The translations under genes and the position numbers were made by a program. From the NCBI RefSeq assembly GCF_037042905.1, contig NC_087250.1:8930001-8994000 (forward strand): DNA of 64,000 bases, in the 5' to 3' direction. The notes beneath the pieces were generated by a model that was not told the origin of the DNA, searched no databases, and saw only the letters and a list, made by a program, of their open reading frames with translations. The DNA is from Lytechinus pictus (Eukaryota). This document shows positions 38,601-51,000 of this stretch, piece by piece (positions within the stretch are counted from its first letter, which is position 1; each line of letters begins with the position of its first letter).

Positions 38601-41600
38601 GGGTGTCGATTGGTGTTCACGCTTATGTTTGGCCTCGGCTTTGCCTTTGGCATGTTTTTTTTTTTTGGGGGGGGGGTGACTGTCACAAATATTGTACTCT
38701 GTAACTGTGAAGGATTGTTTTTCTTATAGTTTTCAGGGGGGGGGGGTGGGTGGCTTGCGAGTATAAACAGTTTAGTGGCCAGACAGTAATACAAAAAGGC
38801 AAAATTAATTTTTTTTTAAAGCTGAGTCAGTTAGCAAAAATTTGGGCCTTTTTTAGAGGATCTAAGTACTTCTAGATCTAGACTCTATACAAAATCTGAT
38901 TTTGTGATATATTTCGAGTAACCCAGGCAACTGCGGCCCGCTGTACGGGCTGCAGCCCAGGAGCTGTCCGTGTATTACACGGACAGCTCCTGGCTAGTTG
39001 GCAGACAAATGGGGTAGAATTGTGGTCACCATATCACCCCAAATTAAAGGGGGAAAATTATGCACTTGCCTCTATTACATGGATGAAGATCTATCGTGAC
39101 ACAATACTATCATCGATGCATAAAGTGTAAGCTCAAAAAAGGCGAAAGTTATGTCGCTTTTGTTCTGCTTTCAAAATTGAAAACAAAATGGCAGATCGAT
39201 ACCGGGGCTACTTTTTTTTTTAGCTTACATAACATAGTTTATGCATCGACGTTAGGAATGTGTCTCTCAATAGACCATTTTTTTTTTTAATTTAGACAAT
39301 ACAACACTTCTATGTGTGAATCATATCTAAATGCATAACTATTAGTGTTGTATCCTAGGCTGGGTCAGCCGAGACAGAGACCGCTAAAAATATTTGCATG
39401 TTTTTTGTTAAATTCAATTGACCATTGACCCCCCCTCAAGAAAAAATAAATAAATGAATGTAAAAAATTGAAAATAAATAAATAGAATTAATTAAAAAAA
39501 CAGGCAAAATATATAGATATTACCGGTATATATAATCTACAGAGAGGGGGTGGGGTGGAATCTAGATCTAATAATAATGTGTGCATTAGAAATTCACATT
39601 GCGTTGATGATGGACACAATTTATGTGCTGGAAATGACTGCATTTGTCAGGCCTCGGAGCCGAGACATCAAGACAGAGCGACTGAGGCCGAGACATCAGG
39701 CTTTGAGGCCGAGGACGCAAATTCTGGTCCCGAGGCCGTCCTCGGTACACAACACTGATAGCTATAGAATCAGCATGCTCTCTATACCCTACAAGATTGA
39801 TAACAAAGACATATGTGTTTCAACAAGAAATAATTGGTCAACGTATATCTGAATGGGGTATTGTACAGTACTATTGATCAACCAAAGATTTAAATTTATG
39901 TTCCTCTTTGACCAATGTTGTCAAATAAAAACCTTGCTTTGAGCATAACATCATCAAGGTGGTCTGAAATCTATTAGAAGAAGGTACATGTACTCTTCTG
40001 TGGAATTTCATTTTATGCTTTGACTGCTATATCTACTAGTTTTATTATCAATATACTAGTGTTCTGAAGTTGATGTGTTAATAATCAAATGTTTTAATGT
40101 TTATTCTACTTAAAACATAATAGATGGCAGCAGGAGCAAATGTTGGTCGTGATGAGGCGTATACCACCATCAACAATGCTGCAATTGCAGTCACCACCAC
40201 CACTGCTGCCACCACCATCAGTGCTACTAATGCCACCACCACCAAGTCTGCTTCTGCCACTGCCATCACCATTGCCACCGCCACTACCAAGACCACTCCT
40301 GACACAAAGCCCCCAAGTCCTCAACTGACCAGATATTGCAGCTGGAGAAGGATAGACCAGGAACTTCAAAGCCAGGGCTTACCGGTCTCCTACAATAAGA
40401 AAAATGCCAAGGGCCCATCTAATGAACTTGTAGCAGAATATTTGGCCACAGTTGTAGAAATGCAGAGACTAACATACTGCCACAGGTAAAAATCAATGTC
40501 AGATATGATGGATAGTCTTTGAAATATGGGTTGCAGAATGAATATCAGTAAAACCCATCATGATGTGCAATCTGATTTAACCCTAAAAAGGCGGTGGGGG
40601 CCCAAAATTTTCACGATAAATCCACAACGTGAAAGATGGTGCCGCGTCATTATATGCCTTTTTTTTTTAAAGATTCATGAGTTTTCAGACAAAATTTGTG
40701 ACACATGGGTACCCGGTTCTGTAATTACGCAACGTTGTGTAAGTACATGTCAGAATTGCTTTAAAATGTGATTTCATGAACAAATCCAATGCAAATTCTG
40801 TTTCTAGCCAAAATTCATAATTGCATCATACTGGTTAATATTTATTTTTACTGATTAAAATCAATTAATTGGTGCTTATGATCAGAAATTTTTTTCAACA
40901 ATATGAAAAAAGTAAATAAAACAAAAAACAAAGAAATACTTCAGAAAGGAAAAAAAATACAGATGAAAGGGATTTGATATCAATTAATTTTTATGTGTCT
41001 GAACAAAACAAAAAAATTCAAGGGCTTTGTTTATAGATTTCCAGCCAAATTCTAATTTCATGCATGATTTAATAAAATATATTTATTAAAAATTAAATTT
41101 AAATAATTTTAGAACGATCAAATATACAATTTTTTCATCTGTGGCAGGCATATTGCATTTCTTCACAATTGCGCAATTAACGGTCAAGTTCTTGAGGGCC
41201 CCCACCCCCCTTCCACCCATCTTTCCTGCCTCCAAAATACCCTGGCAGTCTTATTAGGGTTAGATTAGGTTTACATTAAAATATAAAATTCTTACAATGG
41301 ATTTCAGTGGCGTAATGAGCCAAATATTTTGAGAGGGCTAAATATGGCGGATGGAACAAAAGTTCTCCAAAGATGCAAGAGAGCGAAGGGAGTGAGCAAA
41401 ATTGTTGAACTTTTAAATACAGAAATCAAATTTTTAGAAAGATTTTGATGTAATCAGAAAATAATAGACTATTTCACCCTTTCCCATTCCCTTTTTTTTT
41501 TCTTGGTCATGAAACATTGGGGGGGGGGGGCATTGCCCCCTCATCTATACACCAGTGATGGATTTAATACTTTTTGCATGTACGATGACAACGCTCGCTC

Positions 41601-44600
41601 TCTCTCTCTCCCTCACCCATCCTCACTACGTGTACATATGTGTGCAAGATAAATTATGAGGAACAAATTACAATTGTATAGCATATGAAGTGATGTTTCT
41701 CAACCAGAGATTCCTTATATATTATCTATTGTTGCATGTTTGCATTTTTGTTCATCATATTAACCCATCTTGAGCCCTTTACCCCCCCCCCCGCCCCCCA
41801 TGATAAAAACCTAGTAGTCAAATGACGTTTCCTTTTATTTTCTTTTGATATACTTGCAATGTATACATGTGAGGAAAAAAAATATAGTGCGAAACATTTT
41901 TTGAAAATTTCAATTTAATTCCTTCAGGTGAGGCTTTGTCCACATTTCCAGAAAGACACAAGATAGTATCAGAAAGCCATGCCAAATTCAACGACTGAAT
42001 GGTTTGGAGAGCCAGACAAAGAGCCTAGAAATGTGATTTCACCCGTAAGTTAAACACTCTTGATCATAATTTTGATTCACTTTGGCATTTAAAGTAAGTC
42101 ACATAATAACAATTTGAATGATTTTTTTCTTCTTCATATGCTCTTTGTCAAGAATCCAGTCCAAATTTTAGAAATAAACTCTAAGTTTGAGGTGTTGATG
42201 ATTTTTTTTTTCAGCTGCAAAAATAACAAACCAATATCAATCATTGGTAGATAATTAATATTAATAAATTATTGGTGTGACTTGCCAAATTGGTACATGA
42301 ATATTCTGCATTTCTATAATTATTGACCCCCACCACTACCACCTAAGATGCAACATGTCAAATTACTGTCAAATTCACTTCATCATGTTTTTAATTATTA
42401 ATTTGTCAGTAAAGGAGTAAAATGACTCAGAAAGATTACCCGAAGAAGCTCACATAATTTTTTTTTTACTGGTAGATCCCTTACATTCATTTGATGAATT
42501 GAGTTCATGCAAAATCAACTGAATGTAATGAGTACAAAATCCTGTTAATACACCTTACTAGGTGAGGCTATTCTGGTAGATCATCCCAGGTGGCGCCTGA
42601 GGATCTTGTCCATTTGGAGAAATCTTGCAAAGTATCCAAAGGTGCCTCCACCCCTCCCCCCCCCCCCTCCCCCACAGTCTATTAAGGGTTAACAATGAAA
42701 ATGAAATTAGGAATAAATTTGGTATCTTGCTTATATGCATTATAAATTAATTTCTATTTCAGGTACTTCAATCACATGAACAGCAGCAGGAGCAAAAACA
42801 GCAGCAACCACACAGGAGATGTAACGACAGCATTGACCAACAGCAACAACAACAGCAGCATAAACAATTTCTGCAGGAGGTGCAAAAACCACACCGGCAA
42901 CCTCAACAACATCAAGATGTCCAACAACCACTCCGGGAACATTAACAGCAACCACAACTTCAGCAAGAGTTTCAACAAACACATCAGCAAAAACCAACAG
43001 CAGCAGCAACAACAGCACTTATGAAATGAATTTAATTGAAACTTAAAAGCCAATGAGGAAACATCTTTAACAAAATGAGACATCATTTGTTCATTCTTTT
43101 ACAGGATAAAGGAAAGCTTTTTTGAAAGTGTAAATTTGCAGGAACACAATGTATGTTCCCTATGTATCTATTTATTGAAATAAATTTGACTTTAAAAAGA
43201 ATGAATGATGATTCAATAAATATCTACTTTTTATTTGTCAATGAGTAAAAATACATGTATTTTCTATTTAGAATGACAAAAAGCAATTTATCAAATCAAA
43301 ATCATCAAAAAATTGACCAATATGGCTCTTAGGCCCTCAAAATTGTTGGTATTTTGATGAAAAAGCTGTTTCTGCGGCAATATTTGACGCAGCTCAAATA
43401 GCTGCATCAAATTTGCCGCAGAAATTGTCATTTGCCGCAGCTCCTTGAGCTGCGTCAAATATTGCCGCTGAAATTGTCATTTGCCGCAGAAAGTATCTGC
43501 GGCAAAGTTTTATGAAACGGAAACTTGACGCTGTTATAAGATTTGCCGCAGAAACACAGATTTGCCGCAGAAAATGGGAGTTGCCGCTGCGGCAAATGTT
43601 TTATGAAACGGGCCCCTGGAATTTATCTTTAAAAGAACCATATTGCCCTCGTCTAAAGACTCAGGCCAATATGATTCTGTTGTGGGCAATACATATATTT
43701 GATGTTCCCTCAAGGCCAGTCAATATTGTATAATTATACTCGAGTACCCTATAAAATTCCAATATTACACAAATGTAGTGGTCATTATGTGTTTTGCCCA
43801 ATTTTCTTAAAACATTGAAGTAGCAATAAAGTGTGAAGTCAACCTACCTGTTATGAATAGGTTTTGTATGTTGGATGTTGCAGGCATCTTCCTCACTAGA
43901 GAATGAAAGACTGCCCAAAGGACAACCCAAGGAACCGTGTGATATGTCACTCTCAAATATCTCATCTGAAATAAAAATGAATATTCAGTTCTGAATACAA
44001 AACATTATTGACAACATTGATAATGAAAGATTCCATAACAATAAGCGTCTATGTTTTAGTACAGGATAATCAACCTAGTTTGGGTTGAGCGTTGTGGCCC
44101 AGTGGATTAGTCTTCAGACTTGGAAACAGAGGGTCGTGGGTTCGAATCCCAGCCATGGCGTAATTTCCTTCGGCAAGAAATTTATCCACATTGTGCTGCA
44201 CTCGACCCAGGTGAGGTGAATGGGTACCCGGTAGGATTTTATTCCTTGAATGCTTTAGCGCCTATATGGCCGCTCAGCTGCAGCTGGGGTAATAATAATA
44301 TACCAAGTATATTTCAGCGCCTTGAGCACATAATCAATGTGGATTTGGCGCTTTATAAATACTCTATATTATTATTATTATTACCAACAAATCTCTCTCC
44401 CCCTCTTCTTCCACTGCCCCTTCAACCATTACCCCTCCTCCACTGCTCCCCTCCCTAACCCTCACATACCATCTGAAAAGCTTAGATCCCATGATGACGG
44501 GTGTCTATGTTTAATTACAGGTGCATCTATCTCATCTTGATGACCAACAAAACTTTCTTCCCCTCCATAACCCCCTCCCCTCTCCTTCTTCAATAGCAGA

Positions 44601-47600
44601 CCTGCCAATCTCTGGGAATGAAAAACTGTATTCTGTGATAAAAAAAACTGTATTTTTGCCTAAAAAAAGTGTATTTCATAATAAAATGCTTGGTTCACTC
44701 GCTGCATGCAAGCTAAAATGCGCACTGCTCTTGCAGATGAAAAAAAAAAACATTAAAACATGTGTATATCTTCACCCTGGTTTGAACAAAATGATTGAAA
44801 AAAAAACAAGTTACCTGAAATTACATTGATCTAATAACCATATTTGTGCACGTTTTATGAAATAGAGACATATAGAGATTATTTTTCTCAATAAATTACG
44901 ATTTAGTTTTTTTTTTTTTTTTTTTTACAAAAAACGTATTTTTCAAAGAAAAAACGTACTGCCGTATTTTGGTTGCAAAAACGTACTAAATACGGCTAAA
45001 ATGTACTGGTTGGCAGGTCTGCAATAATTCTATCCTTCAGCCCCCCCTCCCTAACCAACTCCCTTGACATGCCATCTGAAAAGCTTATTATTATATGAAC
45101 TACTTTCTCTTTTTAATATTTTTATTGTCACTTATTCGCTTTATTCTGATATTTGTAGATTACTTGTTTTAAGCTCTACTGTGTCCGTCTCCATTTTTGT
45201 ATATAGTTGTATATATAGTTTGTTTATAATTAGTATTGAAACTAAGTTTAGGGACTTCCCTTCTATACAAGCTTTGCTTTTCTTGGCAAGTCCCTCCGTT
45301 CATTTCTTCATTCTTTTCATGGATAAAATAATTGCAACTCACTTTAGTTTTGTTTAACTTATCTTCAATATTTGTTACAAAATGTCATTGATCTGTCTGT
45401 ATTATATTGAATAATCTATGTATTCTTACTTTGATTATATTTTGAAATTTTGGAAAATGGAAATAAATAAATCTAAATCTAAAGCTAAGATCCCACGATG
45501 ATGGGAGTCTATTGGAGTCTAGACGGCAATCTATTTCATCTGGGTAACCAGTAAAACTCTCTCCCTACTTCACCCACACATCTACCACTCCCTTCCTCTA
45601 ACACCCCTTCCCCCATTACCCCTACTCACAGCGCCCCTTCCCTATTGAATCCCCTCACATACCATCTGAAAAGCTGAGATCCCATGATGACGGGTGTCTG
45701 TGTTTGATCACAGGGGCATCGATCTCATCTTGGTTCATACTATGCTTGGATGGGGATAAGATCTTGAAGACAGCAGCACTCAGCAGGGTGAATAGAAGCG
45801 AAAGGAATCCTTGAAACTTGTTCCACTGGGGATAAAAGAAAATGGAGAGCACCTTCAAGATAAACACTAGGTTTGGAAAGATACTAGCATTTGAATACTA
45901 GCATTCAAATCAAAATCTTATCAACCAGTGTGGTGGCTCAGTTGGTAGAGCGTCCGTCTCGCAACCGAGAGGTTGTGAGACCAAACCCCGGCTGTGTCAG
46001 ACCAAAAGACGTTAAAAAAAGATGGGAGTTGCTGCTACCCTGTTTGGGCTCAACAATTAAAGGGATAGAGCCCCGTCAATCTGGCGCTGCACAGCGGCTG
46101 CCGAGCCTGCGATCAATTGGGCAAAAACAAATTTTCTGAGTATTTCATTGAATATAAAATATGAAAATATGGATTGTAAAATGAATTCAAAGAGAATCCA
46201 ATATAATGAACGCTCAATTGTTTGTATGTATTCATAGGTGGCAAATGATTTTATTTGAGAATGTGTAACAGCAGAAAAATAACAAAATACCCGTAAGTAT
46301 GGCATTCTAGGCATTTTCAAGGCTTTTTCAAGCAATAACAATATATTATATATAAGAATTGTAGGAGAAATAACATGTATATTCATCCATTTAGTTATTC
46401 TTTTTCTATAAGGAAGTTTATTGCATAATAAGAACATTTCAGAATGTCTTATTTAGGTATGTATGCATGAGGCAGAATAATGATTGGTATTTGTGTAATA
46501 TACAATGATTCTTGGCAGGCAATAGGGCCTGCTAAAAGCAGTTGGAAAATGAAAATAGGATAAGCTCTGTTGTTTACATTGTTAATTTCACTGAGGTCAT
46601 TCAAGAGTCTCCTAGAGTTAGGATTGCTCTAGAAAGAAGGAGAATGTTCTTCTTAAAGACAATACCAAAAGCTTCGAGAATAGTGGACATTTAAGGAATC
46701 TTCGCCACATGTGCCTATCTGTGTTATTGATCTTTAATGTTAAGCACTGCATACAATTAATGGCTTTAGCATGTTCCAAGGAATTCCTTCGTACCGGGTA
46801 CCCACTGACTACAATGCATGGAAAGTCACAGATGTAGGGTATTCTTACAATTAATTTCAACCTAAAATAAGAAGATGCTTTTCATTTCACATTTTCAGAA
46901 AATAAGCATGACGTGATTTGTTTCGAAATTGGATTGTGGACCAGTCGTTAAGTGCGAAGAGGCCTTCAGACAAGGTGCCTCACACAGTAGCAGATGATAT
47001 CTTACTACCAGCATATCAACCAAGGCGGAGTAGAGCATTTATTTTCCTCACCATTCTGCACAGCGCCCTCTTTCTTCTCTGCCAGGCAATAGTACGTTGA
47101 ACTACACTAGTCTCCATCAATTCAGCAAGGGATGGTCTCTTTTGAAAGTCTGGATTCATCATACTTTTTATCAATCCTTTCAGATCAGATGAAATACCTA
47201 GGGAATAAAAAAAGCATAATAAACATATTGGCCCGTATTCTGAACTCCGGTTTAAATTACACCCTGGTTTCAAAATGTGGTTTAACTATGTAGAGCCAAT
47301 TGGGGCACAAATCCCTAACAGTACACATCCAATTCATTAACTCATATGACACCCAAGTATTTTATCATTATGAAAGCAACAGAAATCAAAATAGTTAACA
47401 AGAAATATACAATATAAACAGATTGTTAGAATTTTTGGCTCCCATAATTTTAGCACAGACTTAAATTAAACCATGGTCTAATTTAAACCTGACATAGACT
47501 CAGAATACAGGCCATTGGGTGGTATCCTGATAATAAAACCAAGGTTTAACCCAAGTCTAAACTAGAATTATAACCGCACTTCTATGGAATGATGGGATTC

Positions 47601-47796
47601 ATAATATTTCTTCCATATTCATTGCACTTATAATGTATCAATTAATTCATTAGAATTCATAATTCATAACCAGCTTCTGATATTACTACTATTAGTAGTA
47701 GTAGTAGTACTACTACTACTACTACTACTACTAATACTACTACTTCTACTACAACTACTACAACTAGTACTATTACTACTACTACTATTACTACTT

Positions 47797-47827
<31 letters not shown>

Positions 47828-47843
47828 AACTATTACTACAACA

Positions 47844-47881
<38 letters not shown>

Positions 47882-47925
47882 TACAACTACTACTAGTACT
47901 ATTATTACTTCTACTACTGCTACAG

Positions 47926-47974
<49 letters not shown>

Positions 47975-47995
47975 TACAACTACTACTAGTACTAT

Positions 47996-48053
<58 letters not shown>

Positions 48054-51000
48054 GCTGCTGCTGCTAGTGCTGTTGCTACTACTACCACCACTTCTACTAC
48101 TACTACTACTCCTACTACTACTTCTACTACTACTACTACTACTACTACTGCTGTTGTTGTTATATAAAGTGCAAATACCTTCACGGCGCTAGCCCAGCAA
48201 CAGTTCCTTTACATATATACAGACAAGCTACAAATATACCTGTAAGCAAATTCTACCAATATATCAAATGAATGTTAGTGGCTCATGCATTATTAAGCAC
48301 GTAAATGGATTTCCTGACATACCAGCCGTTAGTTGCCATGGTATCCTCCCCCTTCGTAGATCATGCCAGGAGTCTCCATTACGAGGAAGCTCTAAGTCGC
48401 TGGCGAGCTCGAAGATCGTTATACCTAAGCTGAAAAACACAGGTATGTATTCTCATTGTATTTATTAAATCGAAGTTAACTTAGGCACACACTGAAAGTA
48501 ATATTGGGCAAATATTTTGTACAGAGCAAGGGAAATTGTACATAGAAGTGAATTGAATAGATAATATGTTTATAAACAAATTTTCTTGAAATTAGCTGTT
48601 AAAACTCTGTCACTTGCTGTTAACATAAAGAAACAACAAGATATGGCTGTTATATATTATTATATATATTATACTGCTGCCGCTGCTGTCAGAAAAACAG
48701 CACCTACAGACTCACTCTGCTGTGCAGTAAAGAGATAACATAAACAAATGAAGAATTTCTTCATACGAAAGTGAAGGAAAAATAGTTTACCTGAAAACAT
48801 CAGCATGCATTCCAAAGTGACCTTGTAAAAGCTCAGGTGCTAGGTATTTAGGATCTCCTTCTTGAGCATCAGTGAAATCACGCTAGATTAACAAAATAAA
48901 AAGAGACTTAAAGTTAAAATGGAAGTAATCATTGAGTTCTTGAACTCCTTTTATTATATTTAGTAAGAATATCATGAAACTAGAAGCATTCTCAATCGCA
49001 AACAATCCAAATCTTTGCCTCCGTCATTACCAGACAGAGAATATATAACACTTAAACTTTTTGTGAAACACCCCCACCCCCTGGTCTAATATCACTAACA
49101 CTAAAGCCCAGCGCATACTATGCGACATGATTGCATCAAGATCCAATTGTAACAAAATCAGAGTGTGCGCCAACCTACAACGCACTCACTGCAATAGCGA
49201 CCCGCTTTGTTACAGTAGGATCGCAGAACAAATCTCAGACATTTTACGTGTCAAATCTTTGTGATTTTTCTGCGCTTTTACTAATTTCAGCCAATCAGAT
49301 TTGTCCTAGACGACAAAATCATGGCCAATTTGCTGCACTGCTGCAGCCCAGACAAAGAACGCGCAAAAGAAGAGGCACCGTGAGATGCAACGCGCTGCAG
49401 AGCTGTTGCAATGTGTGCGCTGGCCTGCGATTCGATCGCACGAAGATGGGAACGGCAACTTGTTGGAATCAGATCTTAGTGCAATCGCATAGCATAGTTT
49501 GCGTTGGGCTTTACATCCATATGATTAAAAGACCTATTAGTGTTATTTACCAAATTTTCAGCTGACAAAATGCAATACAATAAAGACAAAGTAGAAATGA
49601 ACCATCTGGGGCAGTCGACCAAAGATTGAGACCACGTAGTAAAACAAGACGGTGTTTGTCTGGTTGTTAGGAATGTTCCCTTTTATTATACGATCTGTAT
49701 ATTTCTATCCAGTCTCTCTCGCTCATCTCTCTACTCTGGAGCTAATTTTATTCTCCTTTTCTTTCACTTTACCTCTCCTACCTCTCCTCCCGACTCATCT
49801 TTACTTGATCTCTTTCTCAGTCTATTACTGCATCCTTGAGTTCATCCCTTTTATTGACATATTTTCTTATTTGAGGCTACCTTGCCTTTAGGCCTTCTTA
49901 GGTGTGCCTCACAAGCCTTGCATTTTTATAGAACACAACTGTATTTTATATTTTACCATTTTACTATTTACCATAATCTGTGATGAGGTACTACATCCTT
50001 ATGTACATTGTAATTGAAATGTTATATTGTATGTAGGTTTTATCAGCCTATTTTGATTGGCTTGTGAAATAAAGATGAAATAAATGAAATGAAAGACCAT
50101 GCTCTCATCTTTTTTCTTGAACTGGTATCCCTTTACTCAGTTCAACAAAAGAGTTTTTATTATTATCATTATTTGTTTGGCATCGCCTGTGTCTAGGAGG
50201 CGAAAAGCGAACTGAATCACTATGACCGCAGGTCTCTCCTCCCAATATAACCGATGGGGGGGGGGGGGGGGGGGGGGGGGAGTGCACGCGGACCACTACA
50301 CCGGGGTTTCCCCCTACTCTTATGCGAATAGTGCAGTGGGTTCTTAACGTGCAAAGGTGGTGACTCTCCTCTACACGGGGCCTCCATTTAATGTCCTATC
50401 CGAGGGACGGAGTGTTTTCCATTGTAACATAGCCTGCATCTATGAAACATGGGAAAGACGTTTACACACAACGCACTGGCTTCAGTCATCCACCAGGGGT
50501 GGACTCGAATCCACGATCTTTGGTTCGATGGGCAGACGCGTTATCGACTGAGCCAACAACGCTCTCAAAAGAAGTTTAGAAGATCCCTTTGTTAATATTC
50601 TCATCACAATATCCTGAACCACATCGCAAGGTGAGACCACTTAAGATCTCTTTCAAGACTGTTCAAACTTTCCATTATACATTAAACTGGTTTCCACTCA
50701 GAAGGTAGATAGGTATGCGGTCCAAGTCGATATAAACCCACAAAAAAATCAAATGAAATCCATCCACAAATTAAATCTTACCCTAAAAAAATAATAAAAA
50801 CTTACTTCATTCATTTGAACAGACAGTCCAAAGTCCCCCAGCTTGCAGACTTTATCAAAAGATATGAAGATGTTCTCTGGTTTAATGTCCAGATGCAACA
50901 GACCGTGTGAATGCATGTGGTGTAATCCCTGAAAAATATTGAAAAACAGATTTAACAAAAACTGTTACAACGTATTTCTTTTCTCCTGGTTATGGGATCA

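Larger units (their letters stand above)
32288..43615. mobile_element. 11.3-kb Harbinger/PHIS-like non-autonomous element
   Basis: 18-bp TIR GGGCCCGTTTCATAAAAC and CTG TSD. It splits a Kolobok-like MITE whose terminus resumes at 43619. Subterminal TGCCGCAG repeats at 43370-43600. Confidence 0.85.

Noticed and set aside
44086..44160. tRNA genes at SINE heads (also 45925, 52157, 24889)
   Set aside because: A/B boxes are present but the stems are broken or run into SINE bodies, so they are tRNA-derived rather than functional tRNAs.
47657..48184. 175-aa poly-Val ORF
   Set aside because: Translation of a (CTA)n microsatellite.
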